From a virus (lineage: Duplodnaviria; Caudoviricetes): 61,711 nucleotides of DNA. The notes below the pieces were generated by a model, which was not told where the DNA came from, did no database searches, and saw only the letters and a program-made list of their open reading frames with translations. The stretch is from positions 1 through 61,711 of the IMG/VR virus record IMGVR_UViG_3300048836_000712; one strand, written 5' to 3'. How positions within the stretch are numbered: the first letter of the stretch is position 1; each line of letters begins with the position of its first letter. Positions 45,283-53,913 of the stretch are shown here, in pieces. A program made the translations under genes and the position numbers.

Positions 45283-47124
45283 TCAGGCTTCCCCCTTGGC
45301 CTTGTAGGCGGCACGGTGATCGGCCAGGGCCGCACCGAAATCGTGATACACCCGCCACGATGCGGCCAGCGTGTTGGGGTCGGCATCGAACCCGAAGAAC
45401 TCGACGGTGGGGGACTGCTTCCCTTGGAGGAACGCAACCACCAGCGCGGCGTCCGCCGGGCCGGCGAACAGATACCACGCCTTGCCGCTCGTGCCGTCGA
45501 ACCGCTCGTCGTTCGACAGACGCGGCTCGACCTCTAGCGACACCGAATTCTTCAGCGCGTTGCCGGTCGGCAGGTCGTTGTTGGCCCGCTGGATGAAGTC
45601 GCTGAGCAGCAACTCCTTGGCGGTCTGTTGCAACTCCGGCGGCACCAGGAGCGTGCGCGGCCGGATGTCGAGGTCGCGGTTCTCGTCGTCCCGTTGCGCC
45701 AGCATCTTGGCGATGCCGGCGGCGAGCGAAGTCGAACCGAGCACCGTCCCCGCGCCGGCGTCGTAGTTGCCGTGGCCGGTGCTGAAGAAGTTGCCGGTGT
45801 TCGCCAGCAGCACCTTGTAGACTAGGTCGGAGAGCGAACGCATCGCGGCCCGCCCCAGCGAGCGGGCCGTGTCGTCGAACAGGCTGAGGTCGTCGTTGAT
45901 GATGTCCCGCCGGTCGATGCTGAGCATCTTGGCGAAGGTGTCGATGGAGAAACCGTACATCGCCTCCTTCACCGAGCCGTGCTTGATCTCGCCGCCGGGC
46001 GGAAGCTGCGTCAACTCCCCGGTATCGCTGATGCGGATGCCGGTGTGTTGCTTGAAATCGACGGCCGACTTCACCGAGGCGAAGGCCCGCCAGGTGGCCG
46101 GCGACTCGGTGTAGGACTCGAACAGCAGCTTGTTGGCCGCGTCCCCCAGGGCGGTCGGCAACGAGTAGGTGGAGAGCGCCGCCTTGATCAGCCCGTCGCG
46201 GCCGTGCGGGGCGTCGCGGCCGTCGATTACGAGCGCCGCACGGCACAGATCGACCAGGTTCGTCGCCCGCAGGTCGCGGGCCCGCTGCGCGGCTTCCGGC
46301 CCCAGGTGCTTCTCGGCCAGGTGCTCGCTGTTCATGTGGGCCAGGATCGCCGCCTCGAGCACCAAGCGCGAGGCGGGCTCCTCGCGGGGGTGCGTCGAGA
46401 GCGGGATCGGCCGCCGCGCCCGCAGCACTTCCAGTTCCGTCCGCTGAGCGTCCCAGCCCTCGGCGATGGCCTTGGCTTCGATGTTGCCGAACCGCCCGCC
46501 GCAGGCCTTGCGGATGGCGTGGATGCGAGTCGTTTCCGCCAGGGCGTCGGCCCGAATCTGCTCGGCGGTGAGCGTTTCCGTTTGAGACATGTTTTGCTCC
46601 TTCCCGTTGGCCGCAATCGAGACCGACGTACCGGCGTCGGCCCCGATGGCGACGATGCTGACCTCCCGCAGCACGCCCGCACGCACGAGCGTGAACCCGC
46701 TGGCCGGCGCTTTGAGGGCGCGGCCGTTGACCTCCACCGTCTCGCCGCCCCGCACCCGCTGGTAGTCGGTGGGTGCGACGCCGACCGATGCCTGGAAGCG
46801 GAACCCGCCCTTGGCCAGATCGACCACTTGGCGAGCCGCATCCGTTGAAGGCGTGATGGTGCCTTGCACCAGCAACTTGCCGTTGGCGACCACCGCTTTG
46901 CCATGCCCAACAATGCCGGCTAGCGAAGCATTGTGATCGGCCAGGATGCTCACCTGCTCGGCCGAGGCGTCGATGCCGCCGAGTTCAATGGCAACCGGGC
47001 CCCAGCCGGGCACAACCATCAGTCCGCCGGTATAGGCGACGATGCTCACCGCCGGCGACTTGCCCGTTGCCTGAATCTCGACCTCTGCGGCCGAGAGCAA
47101 AAGTTCATCAATTGCAACGGTCAT
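45283..47124 (-). CDS. Element B prohead protease-major capsid fusion
   Basis: ILADHN, FQASVG, EVSIVAIGAD, GEIKHG and HDFGAALADHRAAYKAKGEA. Confidence 0.92.
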   Translation of the reverse strand: MTVAIDELLLSAAEVEIQATGKSPAVSIVAYTGGLMVVPGWGPVAIELGGIDASAEQVSILADHNASLAGIVGHGKAVVANGKLLVQGTITPSTDAARQVVDLAKGGFRFQASVGVAPTDYQRVRGGETVEVNGRALKAPASGFTLVRAGVLREVSIVAIGADAGTSVSIAANGKEQNMSQTETLTAEQIRADALAETTRIHAIRKACGGRFGNIEAKAIAEGWDAQRTELEVLRARRPIPLSTHPREEPASRLVLEAAILAHMNSEHLAEKHLGPEAAQRARDLRATNLVDLCRAALVIDGRDAPHGRDGLIKAALSTYSLPTALGDAANKLLFESYTESPATWRAFASVKSAVDFKQHTGIRISDTGELTQLPPGGEIKHGSVKEAMYGFSIDTFAKMLSIDRRDIINDDLSLFDDTARSLGRAAMRSLSDLVYKVLLANTGNFFSTGHGNYDAGAGTVLGSTSLAAGIAKMLAQRDDENRDLDIRPRTLLVPPELQQTAKELLLSDFIQRANNDLPTGNALKNSVSLEVEPRLSNDERFDGTSGKAWYLFAGPADAALVVAFLQGKQSPTVEFFGFDADPNTLAASWRVYHDFGAALADHRAAYKAKGEA

Positions 47125-47726
47125 TTCACCACCTCCTGGGGCTCAAGCTTAGCGCCCTTGGGGTAAAACCAGACGTAGGCGTAATCATCAGGGTCTTCGG
47201 CGGGTTCGATCACCGTCGCCAGTCCCAACGGGTCAAAACTCAACCCGACGCTAACGCCGTAGCGCGCGGCGGCGACGCGATGTGCTTTGACACATTGGCC
47301 AAATCGCAGATTGCATACCCAGCAGAAGTGCGTCCACGAACCCCAGTACTCATGCTCATAGAGCCATTCGGCGGCTGCATCGATGTCCTCCTTCTCCCAG
47401 AACATGATGTGGATGGACGGAACGTAATCGACGTTGCCCTGGTCGTCGGTCACCAGCGAGTGTCCGCGGCGGGGATTGCAGATGCCCCGCTCGACTAGGT
47501 GCTGCAGCATCGGCTCGTCGCACTTGAGCCCGCGCAGCCGCAGCTCGCGGAACGCTCCTTCGGTGTGCTTCGGGTACTGGAGCGACGAACTCGAGTTGTA
47601 ATGGTTCGGATTGGGAATGTCCGAACCGGGCAACAAACTGATCAGGTGATTGAAGTCTTCCCGCAGCCAGTAGTAGCGCTTCTTGCTTTCCTGCCGCGCG
47701 GGCAGTTCGTCAGTCAGCTTTGGCAT
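47121..47726 (-). CDS. Conserved pre-capsid protein (homolog of 3304-3822)
   Basis: PKHTEGAFRELRLRG, WEKEDIDAAA and VIEPA. Confidence 0.75.
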   Translation of the reverse strand: MPKLTDELPARQESKKRYYWLREDFNHLISLLPGSDIPNPNHYNSSSSLQYPKHTEGAFRELRLRGLKCDEPMLQHLVERGICNPRRGHSLVTDDQGNVDYVPSIHIMFWEKEDIDAAAEWLYEHEYWGSWTHFCWVCNLRFGQCVKAHRVAAARYGVSVGLSFDPLGLATVIEPAEDPDDYAYVWFYPKGAKLEPQEVVK

Positions 47727-48261
47727 TCTTGTGCTCCTTTCGTAGTGCTTCCAATTCTCGTTCCACGGTCCGCAAGCCGATGCTGAGTTCGTCAGCAATC
47801 TCGGCGTTGGAATAGCCCGCCATGCGCAGGCCGATGACCTTGCGCCGGCGCGGCGGCAATGACGCGAGATAGTCGTTGAGTCGAGCTATCTCGGCGGGGT
47901 CGCCCTGCGCCCGTTCGTGCCGCGAGGGGGTGTCCCAAGCACGAACGGCGTCTTCACTCCAGAGATTCCCTGATTGGTCGATGGATGGGCTGGTGAGTAG
48001 GTCGGATTGGGATTTCGGTTCGTGGCGTCGTTGGGATCGATAGTCGCGGAACAAGTTTGAGATGCGGGCGACCATGCGGTTCTTGGCCAGACCAAGGTCG
48101 CCTTCGTCTTGCCAGACCTGCCAGCCGGCAAGGAACAGGTCTTGCGCCGCGTCTTCCATGCGGTGCTCGTCCCAGTTCAGTTGGCGTCGCCTCTTCAGCT
48201 TCCGCACCAAGGCTTGGGCGAACTTGAAAAGGTCTTCAGGACTATCGCGTTCTTCAACCAT
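47710..48261 (-). CDS. ECF sigma-factor-like regulator
   Basis: EDAAQDLFL (region 2-like) and LPPRRRKVIGLRMAGYSNAEIADELSIGLRTVER (region 4). Confidence 0.8.
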   Translation of the reverse strand: MVEERDSPEDLFKFAQALVRKLKRRRQLNWDEHRMEDAAQDLFLAGWQVWQDEGDLGLAKNRMVARISNLFRDYRSQRRHEPKSQSDLLTSPSIDQSGNLWSEDAVRAWDTPSRHERAQGDPAEIARLNDYLASLPPRRRKVIGLRMAGYSNAEIADELSIGLRTVERELEALRKEHKNAKAD

Positions 48262-48513
48262 TCGTCCTCCATCGAGGCCATCATCGGCCCCTATCCAACT
48301 AATCCACGCGAGGGCGTCGGAACCCGCCAAGGATTTTCCGCTCGCGGGCACCGTGCCCGTCTAACCCCTTATTTCCTGCGGCAGGGCGAGTTCGTAAAAG
48401 CACGGCCGGAAAATTTTCTCCCACGCCCTTGACAGATGATTGTGCGGAGATACCTGATCGGCTAAAATTCGTCCAACTATTGAGGGATCGATTCTTCTTA
48501 CCGAGGTTGGAAC

Positions 48514-49557
48514 ATGAAGCCTACTCGGGGTTTAGCCTGTCCAGTGATGGTCCCTTCCAGGATCGATTGGGAGCGGGATTATTCAGAATTGACCACAGCC
48601 GATCTGGCGGCGATGTCGGATGAGCAATTGGCGGCGGTCGATCCGCTGGCGATAAACCTCATCGTGGCCAAAGGCCTCCCGTCGCTGGCCGACCTCGACA
48701 TCCGGCCCTACCAGGACATCGTGGACGGATGGGTGCTGGATTTGAACCGCCGCTGCCTGCCGCAATGGGAGCCGCACTTCCATCAATCGCCCCAAGACTG
48801 GGAGAACGACATTCGGTACTTCCGCTTGGGCATGGTCTGCCAGTACCTCGATCTGGAAGTCGGCATTCAGTACAACCAGCACCAGCGCGACGTATCCCGG
48901 ATCCTCTACACCAATCCGTCGGACGTTTTTCTGAACGGCGTGCTCGATACCCGCGAGGGCACCTGTGGCAACCTAGCCGCTCTGCACGTAGCGATGGGCT
49001 GGCGGATGGGTTGGCCCGTCTCGCTCGCCTGCGTCGTATCGCATTACATTCTGCGTTTCGACGATGGCGAGGTAATCTACAACATTGAGGCGACGCAGGC
49101 TGGTCATGGCGGGTTCAAGTCCGACCCCGACGATTACCTCATCAGAGAGAAGAAACTGCCGGCAATTGCAATCACGAGCGGTTCCGATCTACGCGCCGTG
49201 CGGCCGCGTGAAATGCTGGGCATCTTCATCAGCCTTCGGGCGCGGCACCTTCAAGACGTAGGCAAGCAGCAGAACCGCGAGGAACTGATGCTGGCGTCCG
49301 AGGCCGACTGGCTGTTGGCCCGGCACCTTTTCCCGCGCAATCGGGCCATTTACAAACACCAGATGGTCATCTCGGCCATGCGCGGCGATCATCTATTCAA
49401 CGAAGACGAAGGCGGTCATCCCAATACGTTTAGTTTGTTGCTCGACGAGATCGCGAGCCGTCGCGGCCGCAATCAGATCGTCGCGCAGCAAGAACTCACT
49501 CTGCCAAACTCCAAGGCCATCGACGAACTCTTCTCGGCTATCGAGGTACGCATATGA
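48514..49557 (+). CDS. Transglutaminase-like (SirB1-like) protein
   Basis: FLNGVLDTREGTCGNL...SHYILRF...NIEAT. Confidence 0.75.
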   Translation: MKPTRGLACPVMVPSRIDWERDYSELTTADLAAMSDEQLAAVDPLAINLIVAKGLPSLADLDIRPYQDIVDGWVLDLNRRCLPQWEPHFHQSPQDWENDIRYFRLGMVCQYLDLEVGIQYNQHQRDVSRILYTNPSDVFLNGVLDTREGTCGNLAALHVAMGWRMGWPVSLACVVSHYILRFDDGEVIYNIEATQAGHGGFKSDPDDYLIREKKLPAIAITSGSDLRAVRPREMLGIFISLRARHLQDVGKQQNREELMLASEADWLLARHLFPRNRAIYKHQMVISAMRGDHLFNEDEGGHPNTFSLLLDEIASRRGRNQIVAQQELTLPNSKAIDELFSAIEVRI

Positions 49558-50327
49558 CAACCACCCTGACCGCTCCCGTCCGCAATCGCTCCACCAATCG
49601 TCTGAGTCGTTTCGCTCCGATGCTTGACCAGCTGGCCGATCCACTTGGATATGAGGCCGGCGACGCGAATCTGCGCCGGTACGTCGGAAATTCGCCGACG
49701 GACTTAACCGATCCAACTGGACTTAGCCCATGGAAGGGTATCGCTGGAATTCTAGGGAAAAAATGGACTGCGGAAACTTGCGAGCGAGCCGGAAAAACGC
49801 TCGCAACTGAACTGTTGCAGAAATTAGCCCAACAACGCCCAGATTCGCAAAAGGCTCAAGAAATACTGCGAGCTCTAAAGAACATGGGTTGGGTTGAAGA
49901 AGCGTTAGGAAAGGGATCAAAAGCAGGTAAGTCACTTGAAGAGGGTGGGGGAATTGTTCTGCGCGAGATGGAGAATGGGAAACCGACCGGACGGTTTCTG
50001 GAATGGTATCCCGGGGAAGGGCCCCACCACAAAGATCCTCACTGGAAATTTAGTAGTGGAGAGTCTGGAACATTGCGAACCACCATCACAGGAACAGTCG
50101 CGGCAATTGCAATTGCAGTCGTTCCTGGTGCAGCCCAGGCGAGCGAAGGTGATTGGAATGGCGCTGGTAGGGATGTGTTTGTCGAGGTGACGCCACTGGC
50201 TTGGTCAAAAATGATGTGGGAAACGCTGGGTTCTTTTTTTGATTTCTGTGAAAGCGATCTGTACGGCGAGGATTACCACCGTGAGATGGAGGAATACCGA
50301 AAGGAGTACTGGAAAAATAAGAAGTAA
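49554..50327 (+). CDS. Rhs core-end fragment plus C-terminal toxin-like domain
   Basis: DPLGYEAGDANLRRYVGNSPTDLTDPTGL, then a lower-GC domain with GPHHKDPHWK. Confidence 0.8.
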   Translation: MTTTLTAPVRNRSTNRLSRFAPMLDQLADPLGYEAGDANLRRYVGNSPTDLTDPTGLSPWKGIAGILGKKWTAETCERAGKTLATELLQKLAQQRPDSQKAQEILRALKNMGWVEEALGKGSKAGKSLEEGGGIVLREMENGKPTGRFLEWYPGEGPHHKDPHWKFSSGESGTLRTTITGTVAAIAIAVVPGAAQASEGDWNGAGRDVFVEVTPLAWSKMMWETLGSFFDFCESDLYGEDYHREMEEYRKEYWKNKK

Positions 50328-50374
50328 ATTGCGACCAAGTACTTTCGAGATGCATTTGGTAGGCCTAAACAACA

Positions 50375-50779
50375 ATGAGTAACGCCGCTAGCAAGCTAAA
50401 TTTGATCCAGTTGCGTAAAAGTCTGCAACAAGCGGCCCTGCCAGCAGACCGTCAAATCGCGCGCCTACAAGGCTTTGACGTAGCATTTGAAGTTGCCGAT
50501 GACTTTGACAACTGGTGCCGCTGGGCGTTGAATAGTGCAGACACACAATTGACGGATGAGCAGCGGTCCCTACTTATCGAGTTGAACAATCGTCTCAATC
50601 AAATGAGCGGCGAACACAACTCCGATCTCTGGACCGATGACGCACTTCGGTCGCGAAACGAATGGGATGAAGTGCGGCGTGAGGCTCGATGTATTCTCGA
50701 TTCCTTTAGCTGGCCGATTGAAGATGCGGAGAAATCGGAAATAGAAGTGGTTCGAGTTAATCCTAGCTCGAACACCTAA
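50375..50779 (+). CDS. Putative immunity protein
   Basis: Small acidic ORF directly after the toxin-like gene. Confidence 0.55.
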   Translation: MSNAASKLNLIQLRKSLQQAALPADRQIARLQGFDVAFEVADDFDNWCRWALNSADTQLTDEQRSLLIELNNRLNQMSGEHNSDLWTDDALRSRNEWDEVRREARCILDSFSWPIEDAEKSEIEVVRVNPSSNT

Positions 50780-50852
50780 ACTTCAGTTTCTGTTTGAGTG
50801 GGAAACCCCAGTATTGGTTATTCTCCCCCGCTCCCACGCGAACGCGACCCGC

Positions 50853-50875
50853 TCCACACGGCTACCCATCCTGTC
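50853..50875 (-). other. att junction on the terL-N side; attP half-site
   Basis: Minus strand GAC-N13-GTGTGGA, the inverted match to TCCACAC at the other junction. Confidence 0.85.
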
Positions 50876-51748
50876 GAGCACCACGAGCGACGGGCGAACG
50901 GTGTGGCCGTCGGCGCGCTTGTACTTCATGCCGCGGATGCGGCCTGTAATTCCCGCGACTTTGATGATCGCACCGCTGCCCACACTGCCGGGCATCGTCG
51001 GCAGTACGATCTCACGAGCGGTCCAGCCGATGTGCGTCCGTTCGCCTTTGTAGAGCTGGCCGTTGCATCGATTGGCGATCCCGTCGAGGCACTGGATTGG
51101 ATAGACGACCTCGGGGAAGTCTTCGAGCAGCAGGTCGTTGCCGTCGAGCTCCATCTTGATCGAGTCGAGCATATCCATCGCATGGCCTTCGTCCGATCCG
51201 ATCAGGCAGACGAAGTCGCGGTGCCCGTACAACACCGCCCAGATACAGGCGCACTCACAGATGGTGGTCTTGCCCGAGCCTCGCGGCATCGCCATTGCGA
51301 ACAAACCGCCGCGTAACACCGCCTGCTCGATCTTGCCAATGACCTTCAGATGGTCCGGCGACCACGGCAAGTGAAACGTGAGCGGGAAATACGACTCGCA
51401 GAAGAAGCGGAAATCAGAAGCAGCCTGCTTCTTGCGTTCGATATTGACGACGGCCGGCAGGTCGCCGATGTCACGGCCTGCGATGGCGAGCGCGACGTTC
51501 CTCGCCCGAGCTCGATCCTTCAGCTTCTCGTAGGGATCGCCGTCGGGTTCGGGTTTTGGTGCGTGCCGCAGCTCGACGAGCCACGCAGCGTAACGCAGTA
51601 AATCGACAAACCGGGCGTCGCCAATGCGGAGGCCGGCTCGCGTGCGATGGCGATGCAGCTGGCGCTCGTTGATGACTTCGCCGAGCGGCGTCGAGTTGAG
51701 CAGCCGGCAGAGTTCGCTCGGTCGTAGCTTTCGCGGATCAGTCGCCAC
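50873..51748 (-). pseudogene. terL: Terminase large subunit, N-terminal ATPase part
   Basis: Walker A MPRGSGKTT; ends at Walker B RPSLVVLD, then a 29-aa foreign tail to 50783. Confidence 0.88.
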
Positions 51749-51962
51749 GCCCCATCTCCTTCACCAGCCACGCGGCGTAGTGGACCAGGTTGATCGTTCC
51801 GTCTGCGTTCGTTGGTGCGCCGGCCGCTACGTCATCACGCAGCATCGATTCGGCAATCGATGGAGCCCCTACCCGAGCCAACAGACGGGCTGCGGCGGGC
51901 AACGCCAGAGCGCTTGGGTTCAAGCCAGAACCGGGCGAATTCCCTTGGCTTTCCGCCATCAT
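51738..51962 (-). CDS. Small HTH-like protein at the terminase small subunit position
   Basis: AAARLL...GAPTNADGTINLVHYAAWL; overlaps the terL start. Confidence 0.6.
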   Translation of the reverse strand: MMAESQGNSPGSGLNPSALALPAAARLLARVGAPSIAESMLRDDVAAGAPTNADGTINLVHYAAWLVKEMGRGD

Positions 51963-52081
51963 TTGGTCCCCGAAAAAAAGCTGCGAAATCGAGCCGGAAT
52001 CCGCTGGATGTTCTCTGGAAACAGAGGTAACTGTGTCAGCGTTGAATGACCTAAACCATTCCCGCCAAAGGAGAAACGACC

Positions 52082-52414
52082 GTGACCGACGCGAACGAAA
52101 CGAACGACCTGGACCTGGGCGACGACTTCGAAATCACCAAGACCACCCGCCGGGCTTCGGGCGGGGGCACCTGGGTTTGCGGACGCCTGAACGGGCACCG
52201 CTTCGACGCCCTGGTTTTCCCCGAGCATGCCGAGAACCCCGAATGGGAATTGGGCGACAGCCGCATCTCGAAGCTTTGGATTCAGCGCTTGGCGGACAAA
52301 GCGACGGTCTTCAGCTGGGACCGGGGGATGGACATTCCCGCCGCCGACAAGATCGCGGGCGCGGTAGCCGACTTCCTCGCGGGCGGACTCGCCGACCACA
52401 TCTACGCCGACTAA
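52082..52414 (+). CDS. Hypothetical protein
   Basis: AAGGAG RBS; SRISKLWI...WDRGMD. Confidence 0.7.
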   Translation: MTDANETNDLDLGDDFEITKTTRRASGGGTWVCGRLNGHRFDALVFPEHAENPEWELGDSRISKLWIQRLADKATVFSWDRGMDIPAADKIAGAVADFLAGGLADHIYAD

Positions 52415-52516
52415 GCCGAAACGCTGGTCGGCCCCGGGCCGGCGAGCGTCGCGGCGGGTGGTTCCCGCCGCCTGATGATGGCAGCCTTTCCATCCGCATT
52501 TCCAAGGAGAACGATC

Positions 52517-52900
52517 ATGTCCAAGACCAAGACCACCAAGAAGGCCGCAGCCGCCAAGGCGACCAAGAGCGCGAAGGCCCCGAAGGCAGCGCCAGCGAAG
52601 AAGGCCGAGGCGTCGAAGCCCGTCGCCAAGAAGGCGAAGGCGTCCGCGACGAACGGCGAGGCCAAGACCAAACGGGTCAGCGCCATCGACGCCGCCGCCC
52701 AACTGCTCGCCACGTCTAAGGAGCCGATGGGCTGCAAAGAGTTGATCGAAGCGATGGCGGCGAAGGGCCTCTGGTCGAGCCCCGGCGGCAAGACGCCGCA
52801 CGCCACGCTGTACAGCGCGATCCTGCGGGAGATCAATGTGAAGGGGAAGGACGCCCGCTTCACGAAGACCGACCGAGGGCGTTTCGCCGCCAACGCCTAA
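52517..52900 (+). CDS. Lys/Ala-rich histone-like tail plus HARE-type wHTH
   Basis: PAKKA repeats; GKTPHATLYSAILREI...RF. Confidence 0.8.
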   Translation: MSKTKTTKKAAAAKATKSAKAPKAAPAKKAEASKPVAKKAKASATNGEAKTKRVSAIDAAAQLLATSKEPMGCKELIEAMAAKGLWSSPGGKTPHATLYSAILREINVKGKDARFTKTDRGRFAANA

Positions 52901-52921
52901 CGCTCGCGACGGGTTCCGCCC

Positions 52922-52955
52922 AAACGCCCCACGCTCGCCACGTCGGGGCGTTTTC
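52922..52955 (+). terminator. Rho-independent terminator
   Basis: AAACGCCCC...GGGGCGTTTT. Confidence 0.65.
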
Positions 52956-53047
52956 TCGTTGGTGGGCGATAATGTTAAACTGCATCGGCGAGCCAAATCA
53001 TAAAGTTGATGTGGGTATGCAAACGCGTAATCGGATCGGGAGGAGCA

Positions 53048-53896
53048 ATGCGTTCGATGACGGAACTTGAAAAACTGTTTGCCGGACTTGATATCGATTA
53101 TCGGAACATCGAGTTCTACAATTCCTCGGCCTTTCAATCGGCTGAAGGCCGCGATCCGAATTTTCTTGCGACCTATGGAGAGTATGTCCAGGCGAGAACT
53201 TTTGACGCTGAATACCTCGCACGCAGCAAAGCCATTGTGCCGAAAGTGGCGGCATTTCTGCGCCGCGAACTTGTCAGGGACGGTCGCCTGGGGGCATGCA
53301 TTGATGCGTCCCACGCGATGATGAAAATCTTGGAGAAGTTGGGGATCTGGTGTTATTTCACGGGGGGATCGCTGACTATTGAGTTCGCTCCCGAGACGAA
53401 ACTTACTACTCGCTATTGGGCACACTTCTTTGAGCCGCCACCAAATGCCGGAACTCCCGTGGGCCACGCTTGGCTTTCCGCTCCACCATTCAAAGTGGTT
53501 GACATCACAATTGGCCGGCAACCGAATACGGAGCAGATCGCCTCTCACCTTCCCGACTTGGTAGTCGCAGAGCAGGTGGGAGAAGTCGAGGGTGTATCGC
53601 TCGAAGACATGCTCGACAACTCGCTCAAAGAGAAAATGATGCGACAAGGTTACCGAGAGCCAACAATTCATGAATTGATGAGGCAACGCCCTGAGGTGGC
53701 GCAAATGCTTCGCACGTTTCGCCCGTTTTGTGTGCGACATGAAAAGGCGACACTTAAGTACTTCTCGTGCTGTGCTGGCGCATTGGCGGAAAAATTCGAA
53801 GTCGCTCGCACTCAGTGCTTTTCGAGCCGCACCTATCAGCAGCTGTTCGATGATCTGATGGGTGAGATCGGGCCTGAGTTTCCGTTGCATCGTTAG
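53048..53896 (+). CDS. Hypothetical protein with possible Cys-His-Asp triad
   Basis: GACIDAS...GHAWL...VVDITI; lower GC. Confidence 0.6.
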   Translation: MRSMTELEKLFAGLDIDYRNIEFYNSSAFQSAEGRDPNFLATYGEYVQARTFDAEYLARSKAIVPKVAAFLRRELVRDGRLGACIDASHAMMKILEKLGIWCYFTGGSLTIEFAPETKLTTRYWAHFFEPPPNAGTPVGHAWLSAPPFKVVDITIGRQPNTEQIASHLPDLVVAEQVGEVEGVSLEDMLDNSLKEKMMRQGYREPTIHELMRQRPEVAQMLRTFRPFCVRHEKATLKYFSCCAGALAEKFEVARTQCFSSRTYQQLFDDLMGEIGPEFPLHR

Positions 53897-53913
53897 TTGA
53901 CCCGTAGAGTGGT

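Larger units (their letters stand above)
40466..50875 (-). mobile_element. Element B: capsid-encoding satellite-like island inserted in terL
   Basis: GAC core at both junctions; precise removal restores LVVLDDPQ; carries LSR, helicase, capsid, sigma-like gene and cargo. Confidence 0.9.
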
